Positions 17,219-26,416 of a DNA stretch of 64,000 nucleotides are shown piece after piece (position 1 is the first letter of the stretch; each line of letters begins with the position of its first letter). This DNA comes from an uncultured Bacilli bacterium (GTDB taxonomy: Bacteria > Bacillota_I > Bacilli_A > RF39 > UBA660), in assembly GCA_934098565.1 (NCBI GenBank), contig CAKOON010000001.1, forward strand, positions 300,275 through 364,274. Direction: 5' to 3'. Both the position numbers and the translations under genes were made by a program. The notes under the pieces are model-generated. The model saw nothing but the letters and a program-made list of their open reading frames with translations, was not told where the DNA came from and did no database searches.

Positions 17219-18250
17219 ATGGAAAATACGTTGATACATGGCAAAACTGGTTGTGGGAAAACAACTGGTTATATGTTTAATAAAGTACAAGAAATGATAA
17301 ATAATCACGAAAATTTAATTATTTTCGATGAGAAAAAGGAGTATTTTAGAACTTTCGGAAAAGAATTAAAGAAAGAAGGCTATAAAACTTTAGTAATTAA
17401 CTTAGATGAAGCAGAAAAGAGCCATGGCTTTAATATTTTAGAACTGCCCTACTCTTTATATCAGAGAAATAAAAAAGATTTAAGTATTCGCATACTTACT
17501 TTAATATACAGAGAACTGTTATTTAATAAAAATGATAAAGAAGATAGTTTCTGGGTTAATGCGGCTGCTAATTACTTAGTGGGATTAACGCTTCTCTTGT
17601 TTCAAAACGGGTCTAAGAAAGAAATTAATCTCGGCAGTGTCTACGTTTTAATGATGGAATATGAAAGAAAAAGTTATGATAAGTTAAAGAATTACTTAGA
17701 AAGTATTAGTGTTACTAATAGTCTTTATGCCTATCTTTCTGGAACAATCTTAGCGCCAGTTGATACTCGTGGAGGTATTATTGCGACAGCCAAAGAAAGA
17801 ATGAGTTTGTATATTGGTAGCGATAGCATTTTGAATTTACTTTGTCAAAATGATATTAGTCTAAATAATTTAGAAACTCCATATGCACTGTTTATTTTTA
17901 ATAATGAAGATTACTCGGGAATAGCTAATGCGATTTTAGATGAGATATTTCTTCAGCTTCAAAACTATAATTTCATTTTAGATAATGCTGATAATTTAAA
18001 TAAATTAGGTAAATTAGATTATTGTTTAGAGAATAACCAAATAAATCAAGTAAACACTTATTATATTAGTCGTGATAAAGAAAACTTAACAGCAAAATAT
18101 GGTAGAAATACCTTAAATAAGTTTAGCAATATTATTGATATGGAAAAAGGTCAAATAGTTACCAGAAAGATTGGCGATTACGCTTATTTTCCTAGTCTAA
18201 GCAATAGTAAAAATGTGTACATTAATCCCCAAAAAATCAAATTAAACTAA
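17219..18250 (+). CDS. soluble VirD4/TraG/TraD-like (type IV coupling protein family) P-loop protein, short form
   Basis: Walker A GKTGCGKTT. Motifs IIFDEKKEY, GFNILELP and DSFWVNAAANYLVGLTLLLF. The Walker-B position reads ILDNADNL. There is no N-terminal TM, and it is only 343 aa. Confidence 0.65.
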   Translation: MENTLIHGKTGCGKTTGYMFNKVQEMINNHENLIIFDEKKEYFRTFGKELKKEGYKTLVINLDEAEKSHGFNILELPYSLYQRNKKDLSIRILTLIYRELLFNKNDKEDSFWVNAAANYLVGLTLLLFQNGSKKEINLGSVYVLMMEYERKSYDKLKNYLESISVTNSLYAYLSGTILAPVDTRGGIIATAKERMSLYIGSDSILNLLCQNDISLNNLETPYALFIFNNEDYSGIANAILDEIFLQLQNYNFILDNADNLNKLGKLDYCLENNQINQVNTYYISRDKENLTAKYGRNTLNKFSNIIDMEKGQIVTRKIGDYAYFPSLSNSKNVYINPQKIKLN

Positions 18251-18300
18251 AAAAGATTAGACACTTGCTTTTCTTAAGCGTTTAGAGCCTAATCTTTTTC
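18250..18300. terminator. hairpin between the convergent T4CP-like gene and asnS
   Basis: AAAAAGATTAG...CTAATCTTTTT outer stem (11 bp) enclosing a GCTT-ttctt-AAGC inner hairpin. A/T runs on both sides. Confidence 0.45.
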
Positions 18301-18324
18301 TTTATATTTAAATTAAGTAATATC

Positions 18325-19692
18325 CTAATATTCACAAGAACCAGGAGTGCGGGGATAAGGAATAACATCACGAATATTTTCCATTCCCGTTAGATACATA
18401 ATTAATCTTTCAAAGCCCATGCCAAAACCAGAATGAACAGTAGTACCATATTTTCTTAGGTTTACATACCACTCAATGTCTTCACGGTTAACATTAAATT
18501 CAGCCATCCGACTAATTAGTTTTTCGTAATTTTCTTCTCTTTGAGAACCACCCATTAATTCACCGCAACCTGGTACTTCAAGGTCAACAGCCGCAACCGT
18601 TTTATTATCGCTATTAACTTTCATGTAATAAGCTTTAATATCTTTAGGCCAGTTTTTAATGAAAACTGGGCCGCCAAAGTATTCGGTAATGTATCTTTCA
18701 TGTTCTTTAGCAATATCTTCCCCATATTCAGGAGTAAATTCCCACTTAACAGGAGCTTTCTTTAAGATATCAATAACATCTTTATGGTCAATTCTTGTAA
18801 ACTTGCTAGTTACCAATTTCTCTAACTTTTCTTTAAGTCCTTTAGAAACAAATTTATCTAAAAATTCCACGTCTTCACGGCAATTAGTTAAAATATAATT
18901 AACAATATATTTTAAGAAATCTTCTTCAATATCCATAAGACCATCTAGGTCACAGAAGCAAATCTCTGGTTCAATCATCCAGAACTCATTAGCATGAGTC
19001 TTGGTATTAGAGTTTTCGGTCCTAAAAGTCGGTCCAAAAGTATAGATTTTCTTAAAAGCATGAGCAAAAGTTTCTCCATGAAGTTGCCCACTACCAGTAA
19101 TAAAAGCAGTACGGCCAAATAAGTCTTTAGACATATCAGCTTTGCCATCTTTCATTGGCACATTATTTAAGTCAAAAGTTGTAAGCTTAAACATTTGGTC
19201 AGAGCCTTCACAGTCAGCAGTTGTAATCAAAGGGGTATGTACATAAAGGTAATTATGTTTACGAAAATACTCATGAATACTTTGAGCAGCTGCACTTCTA
19301 ATTCTAAAAACAGCTTGAAAAGTGTTAGTACGGGGTCTTAAGTAAGCAACACTTCTTAAATATTCAAGAGTATGTCTTTTGGGCTGAATGGGATAATCTT
19401 CCGGGCAATCCCCAAGTAAAATGACGTCTTTAGCCACTAAATCAATGTCTTGACCTTGACCTTCACTTTCCTTAACAGTACCAATAACTTTAATAGAAGA
19501 GCCAATATGAATATGGCCAATCTCCTCGAAGTCCTCTAATGTATTATCATATACTACTTGTAAACTATTCGTACAAGTGCCATCAAAAAGGTTAATAAAC
19601 CCAAAAGTTGCTTGTTTGCGATGATTTTTAACCCAACCACAAATAGTGATTTCTTGACCGATTAAGTCTTTTGTTATATCTTTAATATCCAT
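18325..19692 (-). CDS. asnS: asparagine--tRNA ligase
   Basis: 455 aa, collinear with E. coli-type AsnRS. Motifs RPRTN, FGPTFRTENSNT, GGSQRE and GFGMGFERL, with C-terminal PYPRTPG. Confidence 0.95.
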   Translation of the reverse strand: MDIKDITKDLIGQEITICGWVKNHRKQATFGFINLFDGTCTNSLQVVYDNTLEDFEEIGHIHIGSSIKVIGTVKESEGQGQDIDLVAKDVILLGDCPEDYPIQPKRHTLEYLRSVAYLRPRTNTFQAVFRIRSAAAQSIHEYFRKHNYLYVHTPLITTADCEGSDQMFKLTTFDLNNVPMKDGKADMSKDLFGRTAFITGSGQLHGETFAHAFKKIYTFGPTFRTENSNTKTHANEFWMIEPEICFCDLDGLMDIEEDFLKYIVNYILTNCREDVEFLDKFVSKGLKEKLEKLVTSKFTRIDHKDVIDILKKAPVKWEFTPEYGEDIAKEHERYITEYFGGPVFIKNWPKDIKAYYMKVNSDNKTVAAVDLEVPGCGELMGGSQREENYEKLISRMAEFNVNREDIEWYVNLRKYGTTVHSGFGMGFERLIMYLTGMENIRDVIPYPRTPGSCEY

Positions 19693-19708
19693 TTTTATCC
19701 TTCCTTTC

Positions 19709-21022
19709 TTATGGTTCTAAACGGTTAGGGCCTCTAAATAAGAACTGTGTCTCTTTAACTGATGGAAGCCCTAGTAAAAGCATAGTTAAACGATCAACGC
19801 CAACGGCAAAGCCACCATGAGGAGGACAACCATATTTAAAGAATTCTAAGTAAAATTTAACGTCGTCGCCTAGCCCTTTTTCTAGAGCTTGCTTTTTTAA
19901 AATGTCATAACGATGTTCTCTTTGAGCCCCGGTTGTAATTTCAGAGCCACGCCAAACTAAGTCATAACCTTGAGGAATATCATTTTTACGCATATGATAG
20001 AAAGCCCTCTTAGTCTTAGAATAATCAGTAATGAATAAGAATTCACTGTTATATTTTTCCATAGCGTATTTATAAGCTAACTTTTCAGCTTCGGCATTTA
20101 AGTCACCAACGTCTTCTGTTGGAATTACAAAGCCATATCTTTCTTTTAGTTCGTTATATAAATCTTGAAGCTTAATTCTTGGAAATGGTTTAGTTGGAAT
20201 AATTACTTCTTTTCCAAATACTTCCTTAATCTCATTGCCAAAACGCTCTTTAACTTTCGTTAAACCAGCAATAAGGAGATTTTCTTCCATATCCATAACA
20301 TCTTCATAAGAGTCAATATAACTAAATTCTAAGTCAAAAGAAGTAAACTCCGTTGCATGACGATTAGTATTAGAATTTTCAGCCCGAAAAGCTGGGGCTA
20401 CCTCAAAAATTTTACCCATTCCCGCAGCCATAGCCATTTGTTTATAAAATTGTGGTGATTGAGCTAAATAAGCCTTACGGTCAAAATATTTAACTTCAAA
20501 AACTTCACTACCAGACTCAGAAGCAGCACCGATTAATTTAGGCGTATGAATTTCTGTAAAGTCTTCCTTGTATAAATATTCACGCATAGCGCCGACCATA
20601 CAAGATTCAATTTGACGCACTAGCATATTCTTTCCGTTTCTTAAATCTAGAAAACGGTAGTCTAATCTTGTGTCAATAGATACACCATCTAAATTATTAT
20701 AGTCAAATGGTAGGGCTTCCGCTTTACTTAAAACTTCGATAGTTGCAGGGATTAATTCCATTCCCCCTAGCTTAACAGCCGGATTTTCTTGTAATAAACC
20801 CTCTACTTTAATTACCGAGTCAATCGTTAAACTGCTCATGGTCTCTAGTAAAGAAGCGTTCTTTTCTTCACTCTTTTCAATAGTCATTTGAACTTTGCCT
20901 TTAGAGTCTCTAAGAATAACAAACATTACCCATTTTTTATCTCTAATGGTATCAACAAAGCCTTCAAAAGTTATTTTTTCATTTAAATGTTGTTGCAATT
21001 CATTTACATACACTTTTTTCAT
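19709..21022 (-). CDS. aspS: aspartate--tRNA ligase, type 2 (archaeal-like, ~437 aa; possibly non-discriminating)
   Basis: Motifs LAQSPQFYKQ, FRAENSNTNRHATEF, GAQREH and PPHGGFAVGVDRL, with C-terminal FRGPNRLEP. ATG at 21022 follows AGAGGA; the track start is a TTG inside the leader terminator. Confidence 0.9.
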   Translation of the reverse strand: MKKVYVNELQQHLNEKITFEGFVDTIRDKKWVMFVILRDSKGKVQMTIEKSEEKNASLLETMSSLTIDSVIKVEGLLQENPAVKLGGMELIPATIEVLSKAEALPFDYNNLDGVSIDTRLDYRFLDLRNGKNMLVRQIESCMVGAMREYLYKEDFTEIHTPKLIGAASESGSEVFEVKYFDRKAYLAQSPQFYKQMAMAAGMGKIFEVAPAFRAENSNTNRHATEFTSFDLEFSYIDSYEDVMDMEENLLIAGLTKVKERFGNEIKEVFGKEVIIPTKPFPRIKLQDLYNELKERYGFVIPTEDVGDLNAEAEKLAYKYAMEKYNSEFLFITDYSKTKRAFYHMRKNDIPQGYDLVWRGSEITTGAQREHRYDILKKQALEKGLGDDVKFYLEFFKYGCPPHGGFAVGVDRLTMLLLGLPSVKETQFLFRGPNRLEP

Positions 21023-21047
21023 TTTGATTTTCCTCTTTCTAAAAAGC

Positions 21048-21249
21048 AAAAAAATTCTATATCTGTAGGAGCGTTTTTAAGCGCGGTGCCATCCTACTTC
21101 ATAGAAATCTTTCTACCTTAATTAATCTTAACGCGATAAAACGAAATATTTTTTGCTTGGCTGTTTTTCGTAAGAAAATCCGATTTGCTTTCACCAGCCG
21201 CAAACTCTCTACCTGAATTGTTTCTTACTACTCTTTCCAAAATATTTAT
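21048..21249 (-). promoter_or_regulatory. T-box leader (tRNA-sensing riboswitch) controlling aspS-asnS
   Basis: Minus strand: Stem I has AGUA/GAA S-turn elements, an AGAGAG bulge and the distal loop GCUGGUGAAAGC. The T-box sequence is AGUAGGAUGGCACCGCG. The terminator helix UUCUAU..GUAGGA...UCCUAC..AUAGAA is followed by U7. Confidence 0.85.
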
Positions 21250-21255
21250 ATACTT

Positions 21256-21284
21256 ATTTTAATACAGAACTTATAGTCTGTAAA
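21256..21284 (-). promoter_or_regulatory. candidate sigma-A promoter of the T-box leader
   Basis: Minus strand: TTTACA, 17-nt spacer, TAAAAT. It lies just downstream of the alaS stop. Confidence 0.45.
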
Positions 21285-21291
21285 TTTTGTT

Positions 21292-23031
21292 TTATTCAAT
21301 AATGGCTTTAATGCGGCGAACACCGGCACTAGAAGCTTCTTCTTTTTTAATTTTAAATTTACCAATTTCGCCAGTATGTTTGACATGAGGGCCACCACAT
21401 AATTCCCGAGACACGTCGCCAATTTCATAAACGGTTACAATGTCGGGATATTTTTCAATAAACATACATTCAGCACCACTCTTAATAGCGTCTTCTTTTT
21501 TCATTTCTTTACAAACAACTGGTAAATTTTCTTTAATCCACTTGTTAACTAAGTCCTCAGTTTGCTTCTTTTCCTCATCAGTTAATTTATGGTCGCAACT
21601 GAAGTCAAAACGCATTCTTTCATCCGTAATATTAGAGCCTTTTTGATGGACACTAGGACCAATAACCACTTTTAAAGCGGCATTAAGTAAGTGGGTAGCG
21701 GTATGATACCTAGTTTCAATTTCACTATTACCAGCTAAACCACCTTTAAATTTACCAGCCGAAGCTGTTCTTGATAGCTCCTGATGAGACTTGAAACGTT
21801 TTTTGTAAGCCTCGATATCAACTTGCATGCCTTTTTCCGCTGCCATTTCACAAGTAAGTTCTAATGGAAAGCCAAAGGTATCAAATAAGTGGAAGGCAGT
21901 CTCACCGTCAATGACTTGTTTACCATCCGTTAATTTAGCAAATTCTTTTAGACCTTTTTCCAAAGTATGACTAAATTTTTTCTTTTCACTCGCTAAGTTA
22001 TCAAAGACAGCAGTCTCGTTATCAACTAATTCTTGATAATATGGTTGATATTGTTTCAAAATAATTTTAGCTATTTCGATATCCCAATCACTATTAATAT
22101 CAATGTTCAAGTTTCTAGCATGACGAATAGCGCGACGAATTAATCTTCTTAAAATATAGCCTTGGTCAGTATTACTAGGCTTAATACCAGCTGGATCAGC
22201 CGAAATAAAAACCGCAGTACGTAAATGATCAGCAATAATACGCATAGACTTTTCATTACCAGCATAAGTAAGGCCTGAGATTTCTTCAATTTTTTTGATA
22301 ATATTAGTCCAGATACTAGATAAGTAATTGTCATTAACCCCTTCTAAAATAGCCGTCGTTCTTTCAATTCCCATGCCTGTATCAACGTTCTTTTGGGATA
22401 ATTCAGAAATACTATTTTGGTCTTTATAATATTGCATAAAGACATTATTCCAAATTTCTACCCAACGATTATCATCCAAATCATAGTATTCAGGAACTTC
22501 ATCATCACTACGAAAATAAAAGATTTCCGTATCAGGACCACAAGGACCAGATGTCCCTGCAATCCAAAAATTATCTTCGGTTGTTTTGACAATTCTACTA
22601 GCAGGAATACCTAGACTTAACCATTTATTATAGCTTACTTCATCAAAAGAAATATCTTCGTTACCAGCAAACACCGTAACGGCAAGCTTATTAACCGGAA
22701 TATTTAAAACTTTAGTTAAAAATTCAAAACTCCAAGAGATAGCTTCATCTTTAAAATAATCTCCTAAAGACCAGTTTCCTAACATTTCAAAGAAAGTATG
22801 ATGAGTAGTATCCCCTACTTCTTCTAAGTCATTAGTACGAACACATTTTTGATAATCACAAAGTCTCTTACCATAAGGATGAGGTTCCCCCATTAAGTAA
22901 GGCACAAGGGGTTGCATACCAGCTGTATTAAATAAAACCGATGGGTCATTTTCAGGTACTACTGGCGCACTTGGAATTTGTTTATGCCCTTTGCTGACGA
23001 AAAAATTAATATATGCATTTCTTAAATTCAT
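21292..23031 (-). CDS. alaS: alanine--tRNA ligase, short form (catalytic plus editing core; no C-Ala domain)
   Basis: 579 aa. Motifs FNTAGMQP, HHTFFEMLGNWSLGDYFK, NVDTGMGIER and ADHLRT. Editing core HTATHLL...CGGPHV. The protein ends about 35 aa after CGGPHV, whereas B. subtilis AlaRS as I recall it is ~880 aa. Confidence 0.85.
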   Translation of the reverse strand: MNLRNAYINFFVSKGHKQIPSAPVVPENDPSVLFNTAGMQPLVPYLMGEPHPYGKRLCDYQKCVRTNDLEEVGDTTHHTFFEMLGNWSLGDYFKDEAISWSFEFLTKVLNIPVNKLAVTVFAGNEDISFDEVSYNKWLSLGIPASRIVKTTEDNFWIAGTSGPCGPDTEIFYFRSDDEVPEYYDLDDNRWVEIWNNVFMQYYKDQNSISELSQKNVDTGMGIERTTAILEGVNDNYLSSIWTNIIKKIEEISGLTYAGNEKSMRIIADHLRTAVFISADPAGIKPSNTDQGYILRRLIRRAIRHARNLNIDINSDWDIEIAKIILKQYQPYYQELVDNETAVFDNLASEKKKFSHTLEKGLKEFAKLTDGKQVIDGETAFHLFDTFGFPLELTCEMAAEKGMQVDIEAYKKRFKSHQELSRTASAGKFKGGLAGNSEIETRYHTATHLLNAALKVVIGPSVHQKGSNITDERMRFDFSCDHKLTDEEKKQTEDLVNKWIKENLPVVCKEMKKEDAIKSGAECMFIEKYPDIVTVYEIGDVSRELCGGPHVKHTGEIGKFKIKKEEASSAGVRRIKAIIE

Positions 23032-23552
23032 TTTACTTCCTCCAAAATACTTTCTAGCTCTTTAGTTAATTTTTCTAAAGAAATATACCTAATATTATAA
23101 TCAAAATCATAATAATCATCAAGATTTTTTTCAGTTATATGATTTTTTTCTTCCTCGGTTAAGTTATTTTCTACATTTGACTCGATATAAATGGTAACGC
23201 AATCGGGATAACGAAATTTACTTTCTTTAATTTCTTCGACCAATCTAGCATCATCAATTACAACATTATCGAAATAATCTTTAAAAATTTCAATGTCATC
23301 AAAAACACGCTTAATAAAGAAATCATAGCCAAACTCTCTTCGAACTTTTTCCCCCATATTTTGCAAGAACAAACGAGGTTTATGCTCTAAATCCCAAGGC
23401 CAAGAAATCATTTCGTAAGCATACAGTTTTAGGTACTTAGAAAATTCGGTAATAATTGTCTTTTCTCCTAATTTATTATAATGCTCTTTGATTAGTTTAG
23501 CTAACGTTGATTTACCACTACCACTTTTGCCCCCTATTACAAATAATCGCAT
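23028..23552 (-). CDS. P-loop nucleotide kinase-like protein (dNMP-kinase-like)
   Basis: 174 aa. Walker A GGKSGSGKST and a later VVIDDARLVEE. The stop overlaps the alaS start (ATGA). Confidence 0.6.
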   Translation of the reverse strand: MRLFVIGGKSGSGKSTLAKLIKEHYNKLGEKTIITEFSKYLKLYAYEMISWPWDLEHKPRLFLQNMGEKVRREFGYDFFIKRVFDDIEIFKDYFDNVVIDDARLVEEIKESKFRYPDCVTIYIESNVENNLTEEEKNHITEKNLDDYYDFDYNIRYISLEKLTKELESILEEVK

Positions 23553-23600
23553 ATCCTTATCACCTTTTCTTATTTTACTCTTTTTTTTGGAAGTTTACTA

Positions 23601-24503
23601 TCATTTATTGTCTTTTTCCGGACTTTGACCAGCATTTTTCTTTAATTCTTCTGCTTTAAGATAATTTTCCACTTCCAAAACAGTTTTATTAAAATCTTCA
23701 TAACAAGTATTAAACCAAGTAACAGTCATTTGATGATTAAACCACGTATATTGTCTTTTAGCATAATGACGACTATTTTTCTTAATAAGATCGACTGCTT
23801 CATCTAAAGTTATTTTATTATCAAAATACTGATATAACTCTTTATAGCCTATCCCCGTTAAAAGAGCTTTACTAAATATCTTTTCATCATAGTACTTCCT
23901 GGCTTCAGAAATGAGGCCATCACTAATCATTTTATCTACTCGTTTATTAATTTTGTCATAAAGATTACTTCTTTCTGTTGTAAGACCAATAGTATAAAAT
24001 TCATATAATGGTTTACATGGGGCAGGCTTTATATTCGTACGACTTAAAAATCTTTCTAAACGTTTACGATTATTAACATGGATATCACAAGTCCCATCTT
24101 TTTTCAGACACAAAGCATACAATTCTTCATTGGTTTTGTTGCTATACTTATCATTAGAAGGCACTTCTTCTTCGCTAAATCGATAATCATATAAAGCACT
24201 TTTTAAGTAAAGCCCAGTCCCACCGACAAAAATAATATTGCGATTTTTATTTTCTTCCAGAATTTTACGAGCGTCTTTTTGATAATCATAAACAGTATAG
24301 TTTTTCCAGACAGGCACAAAATCTAAAAGATAATGGGAAATATTTTCTTGTTCTCTTTTTGTTATTTTAGCAGTGCCAATATCAAGGCCTTTATAGACTT
24401 GCATGGCATCACAATTAATAATAATGGCATTATACTTTTTAGCAAGGGCGATTGATAAAGCCGTCTTGCCAACAGCAGTCGGGCCAACAACACATATAAT
24501 CAT
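23601..24503 (-). CDS. miaA: tRNA dimethylallyltransferase
   Basis: 300 aa. Motifs GPTAVGKT, DAMQVYKGLDIGTAK and GGTGLY. Confidence 0.95.
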   Translation of the reverse strand: MIICVVGPTAVGKTALSIALAKKYNAIIINCDAMQVYKGLDIGTAKITKREQENISHYLLDFVPVWKNYTVYDYQKDARKILEENKNRNIIFVGGTGLYLKSALYDYRFSEEEVPSNDKYSNKTNEELYALCLKKDGTCDIHVNNRKRLERFLSRTNIKPAPCKPLYEFYTIGLTTERSNLYDKINKRVDKMISDGLISEARKYYDEKIFSKALLTGIGYKELYQYFDNKITLDEAVDLIKKNSRHYAKRQYTWFNHQMTVTWFNTCYEDFNKTVLEVENYLKAEELKKNAGQSPEKDNK

Positions 24504-24592
24504 TTCTTCTTCCTCTCATAATAAAGTTAGCTTTTAAGTCAAAACTTTATAAAATTTTTATATTTTATGTTTAAACAAGCTTTTTATGTTTT

Positions 24593-26416
24593 TTAATTCA
24601 TAATACGTTTAAACATTCTATTTAAGTCGTAACTACTAAAATTGATAATAGTAGGTCTACCATGAGCACAGTTATAAGGGTTATTACAAAGAGCTAAATC
24701 ATCAAGTAAATGCTGCATAACTTCTAAAGAAATACTCATATTAGCTTTAATGGACATTTTACAAGCTAGCATCGCCGCCGCACGATCACGGAACTTCATA
24801 ACGTCAAAATTAGGTCCACTCTTAATAACCATATCAATTACTCGGCGGAGTCCCTCCTCTTCAAAACCTTCTTTAAACCAGATTGGATGTTCTTTAAAGA
24901 TAAAAGTATTAAGTCCAAATTCTTCTAAGACAAAACCCATACTCTTTAAAAGATCTAGATTTTTCTGAATCAAAATATATTCAGTTGGAGTTAATTCTAA
25001 GGGAATAGGTACTAAAAGAGGCGTCGTAACAATTTTTTCTTCTTGAAAATACCCCAAAACTTTCTCGTAATTAATACGTTCATGAGCAGCATGCTGGTCG
25101 ATTAGATAAAGACCATCATCCCCTTGAGCAACAATAAAAGTAAGATTAATCGCACCAATAGGATGTAAATTCAAAAGTTTAATTTTATTAAGAGATTTCT
25201 GGTCATCTTGATTTTCTGGCACTTCTTCCCTATCATAAGGAGTCTCATCTTCTTTAACGCTGAAGTTAAATTCTTCTTGGGTTCCTCTTTGGTCTTGAAT
25301 GCTTTTACTTTGCAAAGAGTCATCTTCTTTATTACTATCTAGATTAATTTTATCTTCAATAATTGAATTAATCTCATTTTTAGACATAATATCAGTAGTA
25401 GCTTTTAGTCTTTCCATAGCACTAGGTAATAAAAGATTTTGATATAGGGCGTCTTTAATAGTTTTCGTAATCAAATTATAAAGGCCATCTTGCTTACTAA
25501 ATTTAATATCTTGTTTAGTAGGATGAATATTAACGTCAATCAAAGTTGGGTCAGTCTCAATATTAATAACAACAATGGGATATTTGCTATCTGGTTTATA
25601 AGTATAGTAAGCATCATTTATTGCTCTATTTAAATCGTTATTACGAATTACTCTTCCATTAACTATCGTAATCATATGATAACGATTAGATTTAAGAATT
25701 TCCGGTTTACAAATATAACCTCTAATATCATAATCATCATTACTATTTTTGATTTCAATTAATTTGGAGGATACTTGTAAGCCATAAATTTCATGAATAG
25801 CTTTTTTTAAGTTACTAGAACCACTAGTCTTAACAACAAGACGGTCATTATTATTAAGAGTAAACTTAATTCCAGGATATGACAAGGCAATTTTTTCAAT
25901 ATAAGAAACACAATTAGCTAACTCGGTTGGTTCGCTTTTTAAGTATTTTAAACGAGCCGGAGTATTATAGAAAAGATTTTTAATACTAATTCTGGTGCCA
26001 ATTCGTTTATCTGCTGGTTCATCAATTTCTAAATGGCCACCTTTGATATGCAGGTGCGTTCCAATAGAAGTAGCACAAGTAACTAGGTCGACCTCGGAAA
26101 CAGAAGCAATGGATGGCAATGCTTCACCACGGAATCCTAAAGTAGAAATGAAGAACAAATCATCTTCTCTTAGAAGTTTAGAAGTGGCATGTCTTTGAAA
26201 TGATAAAATGGCATCATCATGTTCCATTCCACAACCATTATCAGTAATTGTAATCCCGTTTAAACCCCCATTTACTAAATCAATGGTGATAATAGAACTG
26301 CCAGCGTCAATCGCATTTTCAACAAGTTCTTTAACCACAGATGAGGATCGTTCAACTACCTCGCCGGCTGCTATCTTGTTGGCTAAGTTATCACTCATTA
26401 CATGAATTTTACTCAT
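24593..26416 (-). CDS. mutL: DNA mismatch repair protein MutL (endonuclease-type)
   Basis: 607 aa. GHKL ATPase motifs VVKELVENAIDAG and GFRGEAL. C-terminal DQHAAHERINYE endonuclease motif. Confidence 0.95.
   Translation of the reverse strand: MSKIHVMSDNLANKIAAGEVVERSSSVVKELVENAIDAGSSIITIDLVNGGLNGITITDNGCGMEHDDAILSFQRHATSKLLREDDLFFISTLGFRGEALPSIASVSEVDLVTCATSIGTHLHIKGGHLEIDEPADKRIGTRISIKNLFYNTPARLKYLKSEPTELANCVSYIEKIALSYPGIKFTLNNNDRLVVKTSGSSNLKKAIHEIYGLQVSSKLIEIKNSNDDYDIRGYICKPEILKSNRYHMITIVNGRVIRNNDLNRAINDAYYTYKPDSKYPIVVINIETDPTLIDVNIHPTKQDIKFSKQDGLYNLITKTIKDALYQNLLLPSAMERLKATTDIMSKNEINSIIEDKINLDSNKEDDSLQSKSIQDQRGTQEEFNFSVKEDETPYDREEVPENQDDQKSLNKIKLLNLHPIGAINLTFIVAQGDDGLYLIDQHAAHERINYEKVLGYFQEEKIVTTPLLVPIPLELTPTEYILIQKNLDLLKSMGFVLEEFGLNTFIFKEHPIWFKEGFEEEGLRRVIDMVIKSGPNFDVMKFRDRAAAMLACKMSIKANMSISLEVMQHLLDDLALCNNPYNCAHGRPTIINFSSYDLNRMFKRIMN

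Noticed and set aside
18659-18898. 79-aa ORF antisense to asnS
   Set aside because: It lies inside a highly conserved synthetase gene and shows antisense-type composition.
21246-22614. Track ORFs 21246-21428, 21440-21646, 22149-22334 and 22417-22614 within or antisense to alaS and the T-box promoter
   Set aside because: All are embedded in the alaS coding sequence. The first also spans the aspS leader promoter. None has a supporting motif or RBS.
24750-26405. Three plus-strand ORFs (24750-24968, 25995-26198, 26208-26405) antisense to mutL
   Set aside because: They are antisense to a conserved gene and have Ser/Pro/Ile-rich artefactual sequences.
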